Positions 31,597 to 41,925 of a DNA stretch of 64,000 nucleotides are shown one piece after another. Within the stretch, counting starts at the first letter, position 1. Each line of letters starts with the position of its first letter. A model generated the notes under the pieces. The model saw nothing but the letters and a program-made list of their open reading frames with translations, did not search any database and was not told where the DNA came from. The DNA comes from Candidatus Bathyarchaeota archaeon. Its GTDB lineage: Archaea; Thermoproteota; Bathyarchaeia; Bathyarchaeales; Bathycorpusculaceae. The position numbers and the translations under genes were made by a program. The stretch spans positions 1 through 64,000 of the forward strand of contig CAVRFW010000002.1 in the NCBI GenBank assembly GCA_963720565.1, in the 5' to 3' direction.

Positions 31597-32493
31597 TTGT
31601 GGATAAATTTGACACATCAAAATTATCCTATTCCGCCTCCGCCTCCTCCATCAGGAACAATGGCAAAGAAAGGGTTTCATGGCCCTGAAACACGCCTGCT
31701 CGTAGGTATCAGAAAGAACCTGACCATTCTAGAACAAGGCGCAAAAGGCATCCCCCTTGCCGTTCTAAAGAAGGGCGCAGTCATCGGCCTAATTCTAGGC
31801 GCGACACTGAGTTTGGCTCTATCATTTGTTCTACAACTAGCAACGGGCATGCCCGCCGCGAGCTGGGCTCTTTTAGCCCTAATCGCGCCAATCACCGAGG
31901 AAATATTTAAAGCTCTAAGCATACTAATCGTAGCGGTTTTCATCTGGAAGACAATTCCAAGCCGCCGCCACGGAGCCTTGTTGGGAGCCTCAATTGGGAT
32001 AGGCTTCTCCATCGCCGAAAACATAATCTACACCATTTCATACGCGTCAATCAGCGGACAAGTAGTGAACAACCAAGTTATTTCCACTGGGCTTGTTGCT
32101 GAACTCATCGCATCACGTTGGATCAGCGTCCCGTTCATGCACGTTTTATGGTCAGCATTCGTCGGCATCGGCATTTTTGTTATGTTCTCTCAAAGAAAGA
32201 ACAACCGAGGTACCCCTTCATGGCTGCCATTTCTGTTCTTCCTGCTGGGTTTGTGCAACCATATTGTCTGGAACACCGTAGCCCTCGCGCTAAGCGGTCT
32301 GGGTGCCTTCGTCATCGTCATCATTGATGTGCTAGCGATTTTCCTGCCCTTCGCAATAATACTCAGAGATCTCCTTGGAGGGCACTTCAACTTCCAAGAT
32401 TTCTTGAGCCCGGTGCAAGAACCAGTTAGTTATACACGCCCAGCAACTTTCCCACCGCCTCCTCCACCGCCACCGGCACCAGTACAATCTTAG
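31597..32493 (+). CDS. prsW: PrsW-family intramembrane protease with poly-Pro at both ends
   Basis: APITEEIFK, GIGFSIAEN, PFMHVLWS, NHIVWN. Confidence 0.88.
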   Translation: MWINLTHQNYPIPPPPPPSGTMAKKGFHGPETRLLVGIRKNLTILEQGAKGIPLAVLKKGAVIGLILGATLSLALSFVLQLATGMPAASWALLALIAPITEEIFKALSILIVAVFIWKTIPSRRHGALLGASIGIGFSIAENIIYTISYASISGQVVNNQVISTGLVAELIASRWISVPFMHVLWSAFVGIGIFVMFSQRKNNRGTPSWLPFLFFLLGLCNHIVWNTVALALSGLGAFVIVIIDVLAIFLPFAIILRDLLGGHFNFQDFLSPVQEPVSYTRPATFPPPPPPPPAPVQS

Positions 32494-32499
32494 CTCGCG

Positions 32500-33486
32500 G
32501 TGACCGCTCTGAAACTGACAATCACCCAATACTCCACAACAACTCTGAGTACATGCACTTTTAGCTCTTTTGACGATGTCTTGTGGTCACATAACAAGGA
32601 TTCCGTCCTCTGGATCGACGTTTCAGAATATGACAGAGTCGCGGAACTCTCTCCTCTAGAGAAAAACCTGACCCTTCATCCCTTAGCACTTGAAGATTGC
32701 GTAAACATCCGACAAAGACCCAAGATAGAAGAATACGAGCAAACTCTCTTCCTCATAAGCAGAATGGTAATAGAAAGAGATGGGATGTACGCTGAAGGTC
32801 CTCAACTAGGCATATTTCTAGGAGAAAATTTCCTTGTCACAATACACAAAGAGCCCATGCCTCTCTTGGACAGCATTATGGAAAACCTCAAGAAAGGAAA
32901 ACAACCTAACATTAAGAGTTCAGCATCATTTCTCCTTCACGCCATCCTAGACGAAATAGTCGACAGCCTCGAAGACCACGTCAGAGAAGCGGAGGAAACA
33001 GAAACCATATTGGGTCACGATGTTCTGAAAGAGCCCCCCTCCAGGAACGTGCTCAAACTTATTCACATGAACAGAACCAACCTGCTCCTTGTACGGCGAC
33101 TATTAAGACCACAAAGCGACGTGGTATGCCACCTCGCAACCAAAAACTGTCAATTAGTCGGGAAAGAAACAGAGGTTTTCATAAGAGACATATACGATCA
33201 CACTTTGAGGACGCTAGACAGAATCGACAATCTGCTCGAAATCAACATGGGCTCCTTAAACATTTACAGTTCTTCATTTAGCAACAAAATAAACGAGACC
33301 ATGAGGTTCTTAGCAGTTATTTCCACGATTGGTGTGCCTCTAACGGTGCTTGTCGGTTGGTACGGAATGAATTTCACGGTGATGCCTGAAGTCTACTGGC
33401 CGTATGGTTACTTTATGGTGATTCTTCTAGCTGTTACTATAGTTGCTGCAACGTTCTTCTTTTTTAGAAGAAAAGGATGGCTGTAG
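32500..33486 (+). CDS. corA: CorA Mg2+/Co2+ transporter
   Basis: LHPLALED..QRPKIE, RDIYDH, YGMNF..MPE. Confidence 0.95.
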   Translation: MTALKLTITQYSTTTLSTCTFSSFDDVLWSHNKDSVLWIDVSEYDRVAELSPLEKNLTLHPLALEDCVNIRQRPKIEEYEQTLFLISRMVIERDGMYAEGPQLGIFLGENFLVTIHKEPMPLLDSIMENLKKGKQPNIKSSASFLLHAILDEIVDSLEDHVREAEETETILGHDVLKEPPSRNVLKLIHMNRTNLLLVRRLLRPQSDVVCHLATKNCQLVGKETEVFIRDIYDHTLRTLDRIDNLLEINMGSLNIYSSSFSNKINETMRFLAVISTIGVPLTVLVGWYGMNFTVMPEVYWPYGYFMVILLAVTIVAATFFFFRRKGWL

Positions 33487-33608
33487 TCAAAACAAGCAAT
33501 TGTCGCTTGAAAGGGCGCGTTAATAGACCCTGTTTTTGACAGAGTTACGAAAAGAGAAAATGGGGTCAAACAAAAATCGAGGAGATAGCTATCTCTTCAT
33601 TGCCCACA

Positions 33609-33971
33609 TCAAACGTATTTGCCGTCTTTGTAGCAGTACCAACGCTGATATTGGGGAATCCAAGTTAAAGGTTCTCCGCAAGTAGGGCAAATCTGCTGTT
33701 GAGACGGCTGACTCCCGGATGGTTGACCTGCCACGGAGGGAGCAGGGCCGCTTGAAGGCTTTAACAGCACGAAGTCACCGGCAGCCTGGATGTCGTCCCA
33801 TGGGAGTTCAGTGTTTTCCCCTTTCTTTGTCTCCACAATCAGTTTCATACCCACCTTTCCTACAACAAAAGCGATATCCAGAACCTTTCCAACAATGTTC
33901 CCTTCGCCGTCGATAACCTGCATATCAATTAGACGGTCCTTGGTCATTGCTTTCTTTTCGGATTTAGACAA
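33609..33971 (-). CDS. PRC-barrel protein with C-terminal QYQRWY zinc ribbon
   Basis: LIDMQVIDGEGNIVGKVLDI..LPWDDIQAAGDFVLLK plus CPTCGEPLTWIPQYQRWYCYKDGKYV. Confidence 0.85.
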   Translation of the reverse strand: MSKSEKKAMTKDRLIDMQVIDGEGNIVGKVLDIAFVVGKVGMKLIVETKKGENTELPWDDIQAAGDFVLLKPSSGPAPSVAGQPSGSQPSQQQICPTCGEPLTWIPQYQRWYCYKDGKYV

Positions 33972-34080
33972 TACTACGTTCCTCCACTTAATTCGATAGC
34001 AAGCATTTGTCTTATAAATTTTAAGTCGCGCTCTCTCGAGACCACACCAGAATATGCCTTGCCTTCAAAAACCTAAACGT

Positions 34081-35364
34081 CTAGGAAAGGGATGATTCAG
34101 GGTTGCTCACCCTTTCCAGAAGGTCATCACGCAGCTCCAAAAGATTCTCAAACTGGTCCTCCGTTATCTGATCCTGAACCAACATCTTAAAGACTGAAAC
34201 CGAGACAACCTGCAATTCATCAGTGAATTTCGCTCGATCTCCGTGATTAAGTTCATACAGAGTCACCATACTCTTGTACAAACGATGATACATCTTGGTT
34301 CGCTTCCATACTGTTCTGCCTCGAATTCCAGTTAAACTCAACACAATTACTGTGCCGATCGCTGCCCAACCCGTGGGTGTTAAGGCCCAATTGCTCGTTG
34401 CCTCAAGAAAAGCCTGCCCGATAGATTTTGATGGCGAACCGCTGATGACCACGTATGATTCCGGATAAACGTCTCCTGTTTCAATCACAAAGGTTGCCAC
34501 GTTCGCTATAGAACTATATTTACTGTATGGAGCGGCTTCTTTGACTTCTGTATTAGCCGGCATATTTACATCAATTATTTGTCGGACATCAAAGGTGTAA
34601 CCCTGATAGTAAGACGAGACATCAATTCTAAAAGTGAAATTGTTAGCTTGCTGCGAAAGCAGATAAGCGGGAGCTTCAAAACGCAGCTCGTAGTTTGTTC
34701 CTGTTGAACTCCAATCTTCAGAGAACTCCCAGCGTTCCAAACTGCCAATAGAGATAGGCGTCAGTTCAAACCCAGTCAACCAAGCTTCAAGTTTCTTATC
34801 GCTTACAACGTATTCCGGAATTTGTGTAATATGGAACCAGATCCACAACTCAGCCTCTGAAGTAGTTTGATCGAAGCTGGTCTCGAGCTTGGTTCTCGCC
34901 GGAGTCACGCCATACCACTCGGTGTCAATTTCCCATGACATCTCAAGCCACAGACTTGGGTCGTCGCGAAGAGCCCTATCGAATTCACCAAAAGAACCGA
35001 AATCAGCGTCATACAAATCGTTCACATACGGCTGCACAATCGCCCAATCAATCTTCTCATAAGTAGAGACAAAAATGTCGTTCTCCGAAACCAGACTCTG
35101 ACGCATCGAAGCCATGACCCATGAACCATCCGCAATCCAATCCGGAGGAGCAGCAATTGACCCCTCTTCAAACCACCTCACCGAATCAAGAGAAGGGTAA
35201 ATTGCATCGTGCACATACCACACAGGCGCCTCTTCACAATATCCAATTTCGACTAAAAAGACAACTCCAAGCAGTAGTACGATGAAGGCTGAAACTTGAA
35301 TACGGAAAACCAGTTCCTTAGCTCCCAACCCAATCCCCCAGTACCTTCTACAATAGCAGGACAT
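34081..35364 (-). CDS. Secreted single-pass hypothetical protein
   Basis: Signal peptide, acidic ectodomain, TM, helical cytoplasmic tail. Confidence 0.7.
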   Translation of the reverse strand: MSCYCRRYWGIGLGAKELVFRIQVSAFIVLLLGVVFLVEIGYCEEAPVWYVHDAIYPSLDSVRWFEEGSIAAPPDWIADGSWVMASMRQSLVSENDIFVSTYEKIDWAIVQPYVNDLYDADFGSFGEFDRALRDDPSLWLEMSWEIDTEWYGVTPARTKLETSFDQTTSEAELWIWFHITQIPEYVVSDKKLEAWLTGFELTPISIGSLERWEFSEDWSSTGTNYELRFEAPAYLLSQQANNFTFRIDVSSYYQGYTFDVRQIIDVNMPANTEVKEAAPYSKYSSIANVATFVIETGDVYPESYVVISGSPSKSIGQAFLEATSNWALTPTGWAAIGTVIVLSLTGIRGRTVWKRTKMYHRLYKSMVTLYELNHGDRAKFTDELQVVSVSVFKMLVQDQITEDQFENLLELRDDLLERVSNPESSLS

Positions 35365-35459
35365 AAAAAACTTTCACAGACACGTTAATCCAACAAGTGC
35401 CTGCAGCAGTACCCCTAAGCGGGTGCTAGTTTAATCTTAAATCAATATCCAAAATAACC

Positions 35460-36143
35460 CTAGAACGAGGTATTTTCCGCCGTGATATGCAACCACATCT
35501 TCTTTCCAGCAACACCAAACGAGACAAGCCATGTTACAAGCAGAGTGCCAGACAGAATGATGTTCGCAGGTGTAGCTTCCTGAGGGGTCTGGACTACATA
35601 ACACAGGACCGCTGCAAACAAATAGAAGCAAAGAAGACCCAGGACATACTGGAATAGATGCATCATATTCCTCTGCTGGTACACCTTCAACTTCAATAGA
35701 GACAGAAAGCTCGCGAGACCCTTGGATAAATCAGGAAGATCATCCAACACAAGGGTTAGTCCTCCAAGAATGAAGAAGCGACAGACACTTACGGCAGGGT
35801 CAGTTGTTGTTATTGTGAAGAGACGCAGGAGCGGAACTGACGTGAACACGATCGCAAAGACAGCAGCCAGCGCCAAGACAAAGAGACCGTAGATATAGTG
35901 ATGGAACCACAACCTCCCAATCTTAACTTGACCTATGGTCGCGGATGGAAAAATGTTAACAATCGAAGCTATGATCAGCACCCAAAAGAATGCCCCGTCA
36001 ACCAAGAAGGGAAGATAGAGTGTCCACCCGTACACGTGGTAGCCAGTTAACAGCCCGACTGCATACGTGATGCTCAGAAGTGAATTGAAAATCAATGCCA
36101 GACTAAGAAGTTTTCTTCCAAATCTCACTGCGCGACTATCCAA
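35460..36143 (-). CDS. Multi-pass membrane protein
   Basis: WFHHYIYG and LVLDDLPD in a TM context. Confidence 0.7.
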   Translation of the reverse strand: MDSRAVRFGRKLLSLALIFNSLLSITYAVGLLTGYHVYGWTLYLPFLVDGAFFWVLIIASIVNIFPSATIGQVKIGRLWFHHYIYGLFVLALAAVFAIVFTSVPLLRLFTITTTDPAVSVCRFFILGGLTLVLDDLPDLSKGLASFLSLLKLKVYQQRNMMHLFQYVLGLLCFYLFAAVLCYVVQTPQEATPANIILSGTLLVTWLVSFGVAGKKMWLHITAENTSF

Positions 36144-36414
36144 GTTATGTCCTCGTCCAGGTATTCAGTGTGGGTGGAAAGAAGCAACGCGTTTCCAGAT
36201 TAGTAAACATTTAGCTGCCCACATCACTTCTTTTCCTTTAGGGAAGCGCTATCACAACAGCGCATTTTTCTGGGGTATGGCAATCGCGCGTGTAAGCAGT
36301 CATCGAATTTGCTCTCAATATGCGCTAGCTAAAGTGAGTACCTGAATTTCCAACAGGGGAAACTGAGAAATATTACTGTTGACATAGTTACTGTTTTGGG
36401 ATGGTGAGGATTTA

Positions 36415-36606
36415 GTGGAGTATGTTATGGTGGAGTATGTTAAAGGAGCCCCTCCTGACAGATGGCATTGGTGTAAGAACTGCACGCAATACCCCCGCTA
36501 CATTGACCAAAGACGCTCTAAGCGACCAGATCATGACCTTTGCGACGAGTGCCAATTAAGAGAAAAAAAGCAAGAATGTAACTTACATGCCGAGACAAAG
36601 AAATGA
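36415..36606 (+). CDS. Small WHWCxNC protein
   Basis: DRWHWCKNCTQYP..LCDEC; GGTGAGG SD; paralog at 60373..60612. Confidence 0.75.
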   Translation: MEYVMVEYVKGAPPDRWHWCKNCTQYPRYIDQRRSKRPDHDLCDECQLREKKQECNLHAETKK

Positions 36607-37002
36607 CCAAAAAGAAACTCCGTCTCTGTGGCTGCAAAATAGCGGGTGCTCACAAATAATTGCGGAACTGAAACGGATATCTCATCGGGCAACATTTAGT
36701 TCCCTTTTCATGAAAAGCTAAAATCTCTAGTGTGCCCTTCTTCTTGTCTTCCAGATGCGTAAGCATGACCTTCCGTGTTTGGCCTTTCTGTCAGGTTTCA
36801 CCCGTGATTTCGCCTCCTGATTTCATGCGAAAAAGTAAGCATAAGAATATTGAGAATTTCCAATAAACCTTTGAATGTTATTAGTGCCAATCTTGCGAGG
36901 CTATCTACGTCCCTACTTGGCTCCACAGAATGTGAGGCTTTAGCCCTCAGAGATTGTAGAAGTGGTTTAGCACCCGCGAAAAAAGCGCATTTCAGAATTG
37001 GC

Positions 37003-37125
37003 TTACTTACGCCTCAGAAACTCAAAAGCTAGAGTATCTTCTAGAACTTTCTTGCAACGCTCTAATCTAGCAATTTCTGCAGTGACCTTCTCCAACTCTT
37101 CCTTAACACTCACTTCATTTTTCAT
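37003..37125 (-). CDS. Putative 40-aa coiled-coil peptide
   Basis: MKNEVSVKEELEKVTAEIARLERCKKVLEDTLAFEFLRRK. Confidence 0.35.
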   Translation of the reverse strand: MKNEVSVKEELEKVTAEIARLERCKKVLEDTLAFEFLRRK

Positions 37126-37400
37126 GGTTATTCCACTATATTTTCGCGTTCTTAAGGTTTTTCGAGAACCGAACTTCACTCAGAAGTTAACTTTTCTTTT
37201 CAGTAGAGCACGCGCTAGGGACGAATCCAACAGCCAAACACCAGAAAACCAAAACTAAACAAGGACCTAAATTTTCCATCAGTCCTTAGCTCAAAGGCAC
37301 AGTACTTGCTGCGTTATGTTTACGCCAGACAGACCTCAACGAAGCGTTTCATCGCAGATTTAATAATCCCCCCGAGCTATTATCTTCCAGTGAACAGAGA

Positions 37401-37874
37401 ATGATTTTCCAGAATATTCTAGTCCCCCTGGATGGTTCAGAGCATTCAGCTCGTGCCCTGGAAACTGCGATCCAAATCGCAAAGCAACTCAACAGCAAAC
37501 TCACCCTCCTCACAGTATACCACGTCACCGTCATACCCGCCACGAGCCCTGAATTAACGATGCACACGACCGCTACAGTTCCCGACGCGACATCCGCCGG
37601 GCTTGCCCAAATGGCGATTCAATCTGCCCACAACTTCGGCAAGAAAACCCTATCGGAAGCCGAAGCCAAAGTGAAATCTGAAAACATCCCGGTAGAAACC
37701 GAACTTGCAGGGGGAGACGCGGTCGGGGAAATAGTGAGAAAATCCAAAGAAGGGAACTTCGACCTAATCGTGATGGGCGCAAGAGGACTTGGTACAATAA
37801 AGAAAATCTTCATTGGAAGCGTTAGCGAAGGCGTACTTAAAAATACGCCATGCCCAGTGCTAATTGTAAAATAA
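37401..37874 (+). CDS. uspA: Universal stress protein
   Basis: ILVPLDGSEHS, DLIVMGARG..GSVSEGVLKNTPCPVLIVK. Confidence 0.93.
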   Translation: MIFQNILVPLDGSEHSARALETAIQIAKQLNSKLTLLTVYHVTVIPATSPELTMHTTATVPDATSAGLAQMAIQSAHNFGKKTLSEAEAKVKSENIPVETELAGGDAVGEIVRKSKEGNFDLIVMGARGLGTIKKIFIGSVSEGVLKNTPCPVLIVK

Positions 37875-38299
37875 GACGCCAAGCAAGCTACTCGTAAAGC
37901 GCTTTACGCCACGGAACTGGCAAATGCAACTCGCTGAAAACCTAGGCAGTCTCTGCAGAGAGGCAACTTAAATGAAGCGCTAACCGATAATAAAGCAGGT
38001 GCTGAGTAGTGATTAGGCTAAAACGTCTATGGCATAAACTTACTCGCTCCGAAAAAAGAAAAGGGTCAAAATCAAAAACGACCGGTTCAAGCGCCTACAA
38101 TACGCTTCCCTACTACTATCCAACCGAACAAATAAACAATCTGGGCAAATTGCAGAAAAAGAAGAAACGCCGTCATCTGGCACACTAAGCACGCGCAGAA
38201 GCGGACATAACTCATTGCATAACATAAAAAGCCTTGACCACTGAAATCCTAAAGCTAGCCAGCCAAATAGGCTAAGCAGAAGAAGACGCGTAACTCGTT

Positions 38300-38590
38300 C
38301 TATTCCTTGAGTTTGACGCCGCAGCTCTCACAGAACCTCATACCAGGCACAGTTACGCCACATTTTGGACATTGAACTCGCGGCGGCGGATACAATGCAC
38401 GCCCGCAATGCCCACAAAACTTGAAAGTCTCATCGTTCTTGCCCCCGCAACTCAAGCAAACTATCACCGTCTTGATGACTCTACCAGACGAATTCATCGC
38501 CAGAAACATGTACGGAGCAAGAACAAGCCCTAAACCTAAACCCAGACCAGCCGAAACAGCATTCCCAACACCCACAGCTGCATCGTGCAC
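38300..38590 (-). CDS. Double zinc ribbon protein
   Basis: Four CxxCG motifs after a hydrophobic N-terminus. Confidence 0.75.
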   Translation of the reverse strand: MHDAAVGVGNAVSAGLGLGLGLVLAPYMFLAMNSSGRVIKTVIVCLSCGGKNDETFKFCGHCGRALYPPPRVQCPKCGVTVPGMRFCESCGVKLKE

Positions 38591-38699
38591 ACAGACCGCC
38601 TCCCTACAACTTCATTTACAACAACACAACCAATTTCAAACTAATAATCATTGTTGCAAGGAGGCCACCTAAGCTGAGACACCCCTTAACCGCGCTTTT

Positions 38700-39875
38700 T
38701 CAAGGCTTCCTTTCTTCAGCGCGCGCGTGAGGGCTATTTAGCTTGTGACCAAATGCTTTGCATAGCACCAGCATGCTCATGGCTGTTGCTTTTTTGGTTA
38801 GTTCTTTCACACTTTGTTCATTGCTCACATAACCATTTCTAAAATGGTCATAGACAGAATCATACTCGTTATATGCATTAAGGGCGATCCAAGTCACTAA
38901 CGTCTCGATTTTCCAGTTTATCCGGGGCACTCTGTTCCAATCAGCACTACCCAACCATTGATGAGGCGTATCATCCGCACTCCACCATTGCGAAAACAAC
39001 GATTTGGCATCGTCCAGAAATCGTTGGTCATTCTTCCAAACCAATAGTCTGTCTTCCAATTCCTTTTCATATTCGCCATGCCAGTTTCCACATAACCCAG
39101 CAGCATGATGCGGAATACTTGCATCTTGAACAGCATGCATTACCGGACCCAAATACTTAGGTGTCAGTTCTGATAGAAATCTATTGAAATAGAATCGAGC
39201 CATGTTGTCTACAGGCATGAAAACGCTATAAGGAATACCCATCCCCTCTTTTCCAACTGAATTAGCTAAAGGGAATCTAGCCTTTGCTTCTTCTTCAATG
39301 CTACCGTAAATGCCTTTGTCACCAAAAAAAGAGTATCGCGTTACAGACGGAGAACAGTCCTGGTACCAATCTTGACCTGGAGCATGAACGTATTCATCAT
39401 TGAACCACCAGTTTATACCCTGGTCCACTTTGACGGACACACCAAATTCGCGAGCTATCCTTGATAGAAGTTGAACCCTGGAATCCGGTGCGGCATCACC
39501 TGCTTCTTGATACTCGTCTCTTGAAGCCGATCCAAATCTGTAGCTATAACCATCAAAGTCGTCAAACAATCCAGGTCCTTTCTTTATGTCAATGTAATGG
39601 TTGAAAGAGGTGAAGAAATAGTCTTCTTCGAGCACGCGCGCTCTTTTGTGAGGTTTATCATCAACAGTCCACGCTTCATCTTCGTGGGGGTTATCACGAC
39701 CTCCCGAGCCAAAGCTGCCTCCAACATCAACAAACTCCAGGTCCATGTAATAATCGGTGGCCTCTGACTCGTTCGCTATTTCTCTTTTCTGGTGATGGTC
39801 GAGAAAAAAGACTTTCATCTCGTCCAACAGGTCGAAAGCAACTTCAGTGAGCGCCCGGTGGCTGGGTGGTTTCAA
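38700..39875 (-). CDS. Zinc-dependent phospholipase C / P1 nuclease superfamily protein
   Basis: MKPPSH, NHYID, MHAVQDASIPHHA, HGEYE. Confidence 0.75.
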   Translation of the reverse strand: MKPPSHRALTEVAFDLLDEMKVFFLDHHQKREIANESEATDYYMDLEFVDVGGSFGSGGRDNPHEDEAWTVDDKPHKRARVLEEDYFFTSFNHYIDIKKGPGLFDDFDGYSYRFGSASRDEYQEAGDAAPDSRVQLLSRIAREFGVSVKVDQGINWWFNDEYVHAPGQDWYQDCSPSVTRYSFFGDKGIYGSIEEEAKARFPLANSVGKEGMGIPYSVFMPVDNMARFYFNRFLSELTPKYLGPVMHAVQDASIPHHAAGLCGNWHGEYEKELEDRLLVWKNDQRFLDDAKSLFSQWWSADDTPHQWLGSADWNRVPRINWKIETLVTWIALNAYNEYDSVYDHFRNGYVSNEQSVKELTKKATAMSMLVLCKAFGHKLNSPHARAEERKP

Positions 39876-40045
39876 ACACTATTCCTCCCATGTTCAGCTA
39901 CGATACGTGCACGTGCATCAGCCATTAGAATCACCTCTATTCACATGTAGCAAATTAGTTTAAATATTAAATAGCCAAAGCATTTGCCTGCGTTTTACGG
40001 CAATGACCTGCTCAAAGAAGATGCGCGCTAGATGCTTTACTGTGC

Positions 40046-41329
40046 CTATCCACTTAACATTTTGACTTGGGAAACTTGTCCAGTATCTGCCCACAATCCC
40101 ACGCCTAAACGGGTTACTCCGCCAGGATATGCGTGGTCGAGATACAGAGTCACGAACCAATACGGAACCAATACCAATGGTTCATCCCTAGGTGTTGGAT
40201 GGAATACGGCTAAAATAGGTTCGTTTAAAACTGTAAAGTCAGATACTTCTGTCCCGTTGACTGTCCAACTGTAGCTTTTCAAGTATTCTCTCGCAATTTC
40301 GATGGCTTCTTCTCTAGATATATCGACCTTTGTACTACCAGCTTGGAATAGGAACCAGCCGTCAACAAGTTGTTCTAAAACGCCGTCCTCGTAAACCAAG
40401 CTCAAGCTTTTTACTGAAAAATCCACATCGTTTTCGGTGTACATCCAAAGTATTTCTCCGTCGCCTTCTGCTAGCGAAACGTTTAGTTTTATGTTGCCTA
40501 CGGTCAGTTCGAAGTTTTGTGTTACGTTAACTGAAGCAAGCGTACTGCTCATATCTTCTAAATATTCGGGGCTTCCTGAGTAGAATATCAATCTCTGAAG
40601 CAACCCCTTCGCAGAATCCACAACATTGTATGGTTGAGGTTCAGCGTATATTGGCACTCCTTCAAGCAATATGATTTGGTACATCGATAATCTGCCGCTT
40701 CTCAATCTGAAAACCACATCAATCTTGCTCTCGCTAGTCGTGAGTGAATACCGGAGAATTTGCTCAACTATCCCGCCTAAATTTGCACGTTGCTCCACCG
40801 TGTTGCTTAGCAGAGTTGCTTGGTACTTCTCAACGTCGATTTGAACGACGTCACGGAGAAAAGAAATTGCATTGTTTGCCCCTGCACTCCAAGATAATAA
40901 CTGGTCATACTTCAACTCTAGTTCGTTGTGCTCGGCAGACAGTTGATTTAGAAAGTTAAATTGTAGATAAGAGAAACTCGCCAGAATCAATATAGCAGCA
41001 GTTAGCAAACCCAGGATAGATTTCCAACGCATAGGCGAGAGAAAACGGTGTTTTTCTTTAATAGCAGGAGCTTCCTCAACGGTCCTCATTGTGTTCACAG
41101 ATGCTTCGCCGAAATTGGACAACTTGTACGCTCCGTCCTCGGCCTTAACCAATAACTCTCCGAGGCTTTCAAGATAATATGTCAAATGCGAGCTGCTGAC
41201 TCCCAGTTCTTCGAGCATACCTGAAAACGTCATAGGTTTCTGATATAGCATGCGAAGGATTTTGCGACGCGTGGGATGTTTTAAGGAAGCAAACATCGTT
41301 GAGTAGATTTCTTCCTCTGACTCACTCAA
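40046..41329 (-). CDS. ArsR-type HTH, TM helix and large extracellular domain
   Basis: FASLKHPTRRKILRML..SSHLTYYLESL; TM; PYWFVTLYLD..WADTG. Confidence 0.85.
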   Translation of the reverse strand: MSESEEEIYSTMFASLKHPTRRKILRMLYQKPMTFSGMLEELGVSSSHLTYYLESLGELLVKAEDGAYKLSNFGEASVNTMRTVEEAPAIKEKHRFLSPMRWKSILGLLTAAILILASFSYLQFNFLNQLSAEHNELELKYDQLLSWSAGANNAISFLRDVVQIDVEKYQATLLSNTVEQRANLGGIVEQILRYSLTTSESKIDVVFRLRSGRLSMYQIILLEGVPIYAEPQPYNVVDSAKGLLQRLIFYSGSPEYLEDMSSTLASVNVTQNFELTVGNIKLNVSLAEGDGEILWMYTENDVDFSVKSLSLVYEDGVLEQLVDGWFLFQAGSTKVDISREEAIEIAREYLKSYSWTVNGTEVSDFTVLNEPILAVFHPTPRDEPLVLVPYWFVTLYLDHAYPGGVTRLGVGLWADTGQVSQVKMLSG

Positions 41330-41656
41330 TACTCAACCACCGAATATTGATACTAAACGTTGTGTTCTGAGATTTCTGTTTTGTGTATTTCAAATTATTG
41401 TTTTTTGGGGGAAGACCAAGACTGACAGTATTTTTCAACAACCACCTAAATAATGGGGCTTCAGCCCCTTAAGAATTTGAGATGACACCGAAGACTCAAG
41501 ATTTATTTGGTTCTACCCGTGTTTTGATATACGAAATAAATTAAGGGGTTCCCTTGTCGATAGACTGTATCTCAAAGGGATCGCCTGCAACCAATACGCG
41601 GGTTTGGATGAAGTCTTAATCCCAAACCCAAAACTTAAATTTTAAGCAATAGACAA

Positions 41657-41917
41657 ATGCGTGCGAACCAAGGGAAATGTGGTTCAGATGGTGAGCTCAT
41701 GAGAAACGATGAATGTATAATAAAATTTCTTAATAAAGATGGAAGAGTGCTGCAGTCTTTTCAAAGAGACAAAGATGGATGGTTTCAAATTAGTTCTAAG
41801 GGCATAGTCAGACGTTGCACAGCTGAACAAACACTATCACATCTGTTGCCTCCTCTTGCTGGTGTCAGCAGAGCAATTGTAAAGGTGGAAAGGATATCCC
41901 CTGAAAAGTCGAGTTGA
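41657..41917 (+). CDS. Hypothetical protein
   Basis: GGTGA SD before the Met at 41699; TAEQTLSHLLP. Confidence 0.55.
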   Translation: MRANQGKCGSDGELMRNDECIIKFLNKDGRVLQSFQRDKDGWFQISSKGIVRRCTAEQTLSHLLPPLAGVSRAIVKVERISPEKSS

Positions 41918-41925
41918 AGACCAAC

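Noticed and set aside
36603..36659. MTKKKLRLCGCKIA mini-ORF
   Set aside because: Resembles the start of 24145..24306 but has lost a Cys and stops early; treated as a remnant
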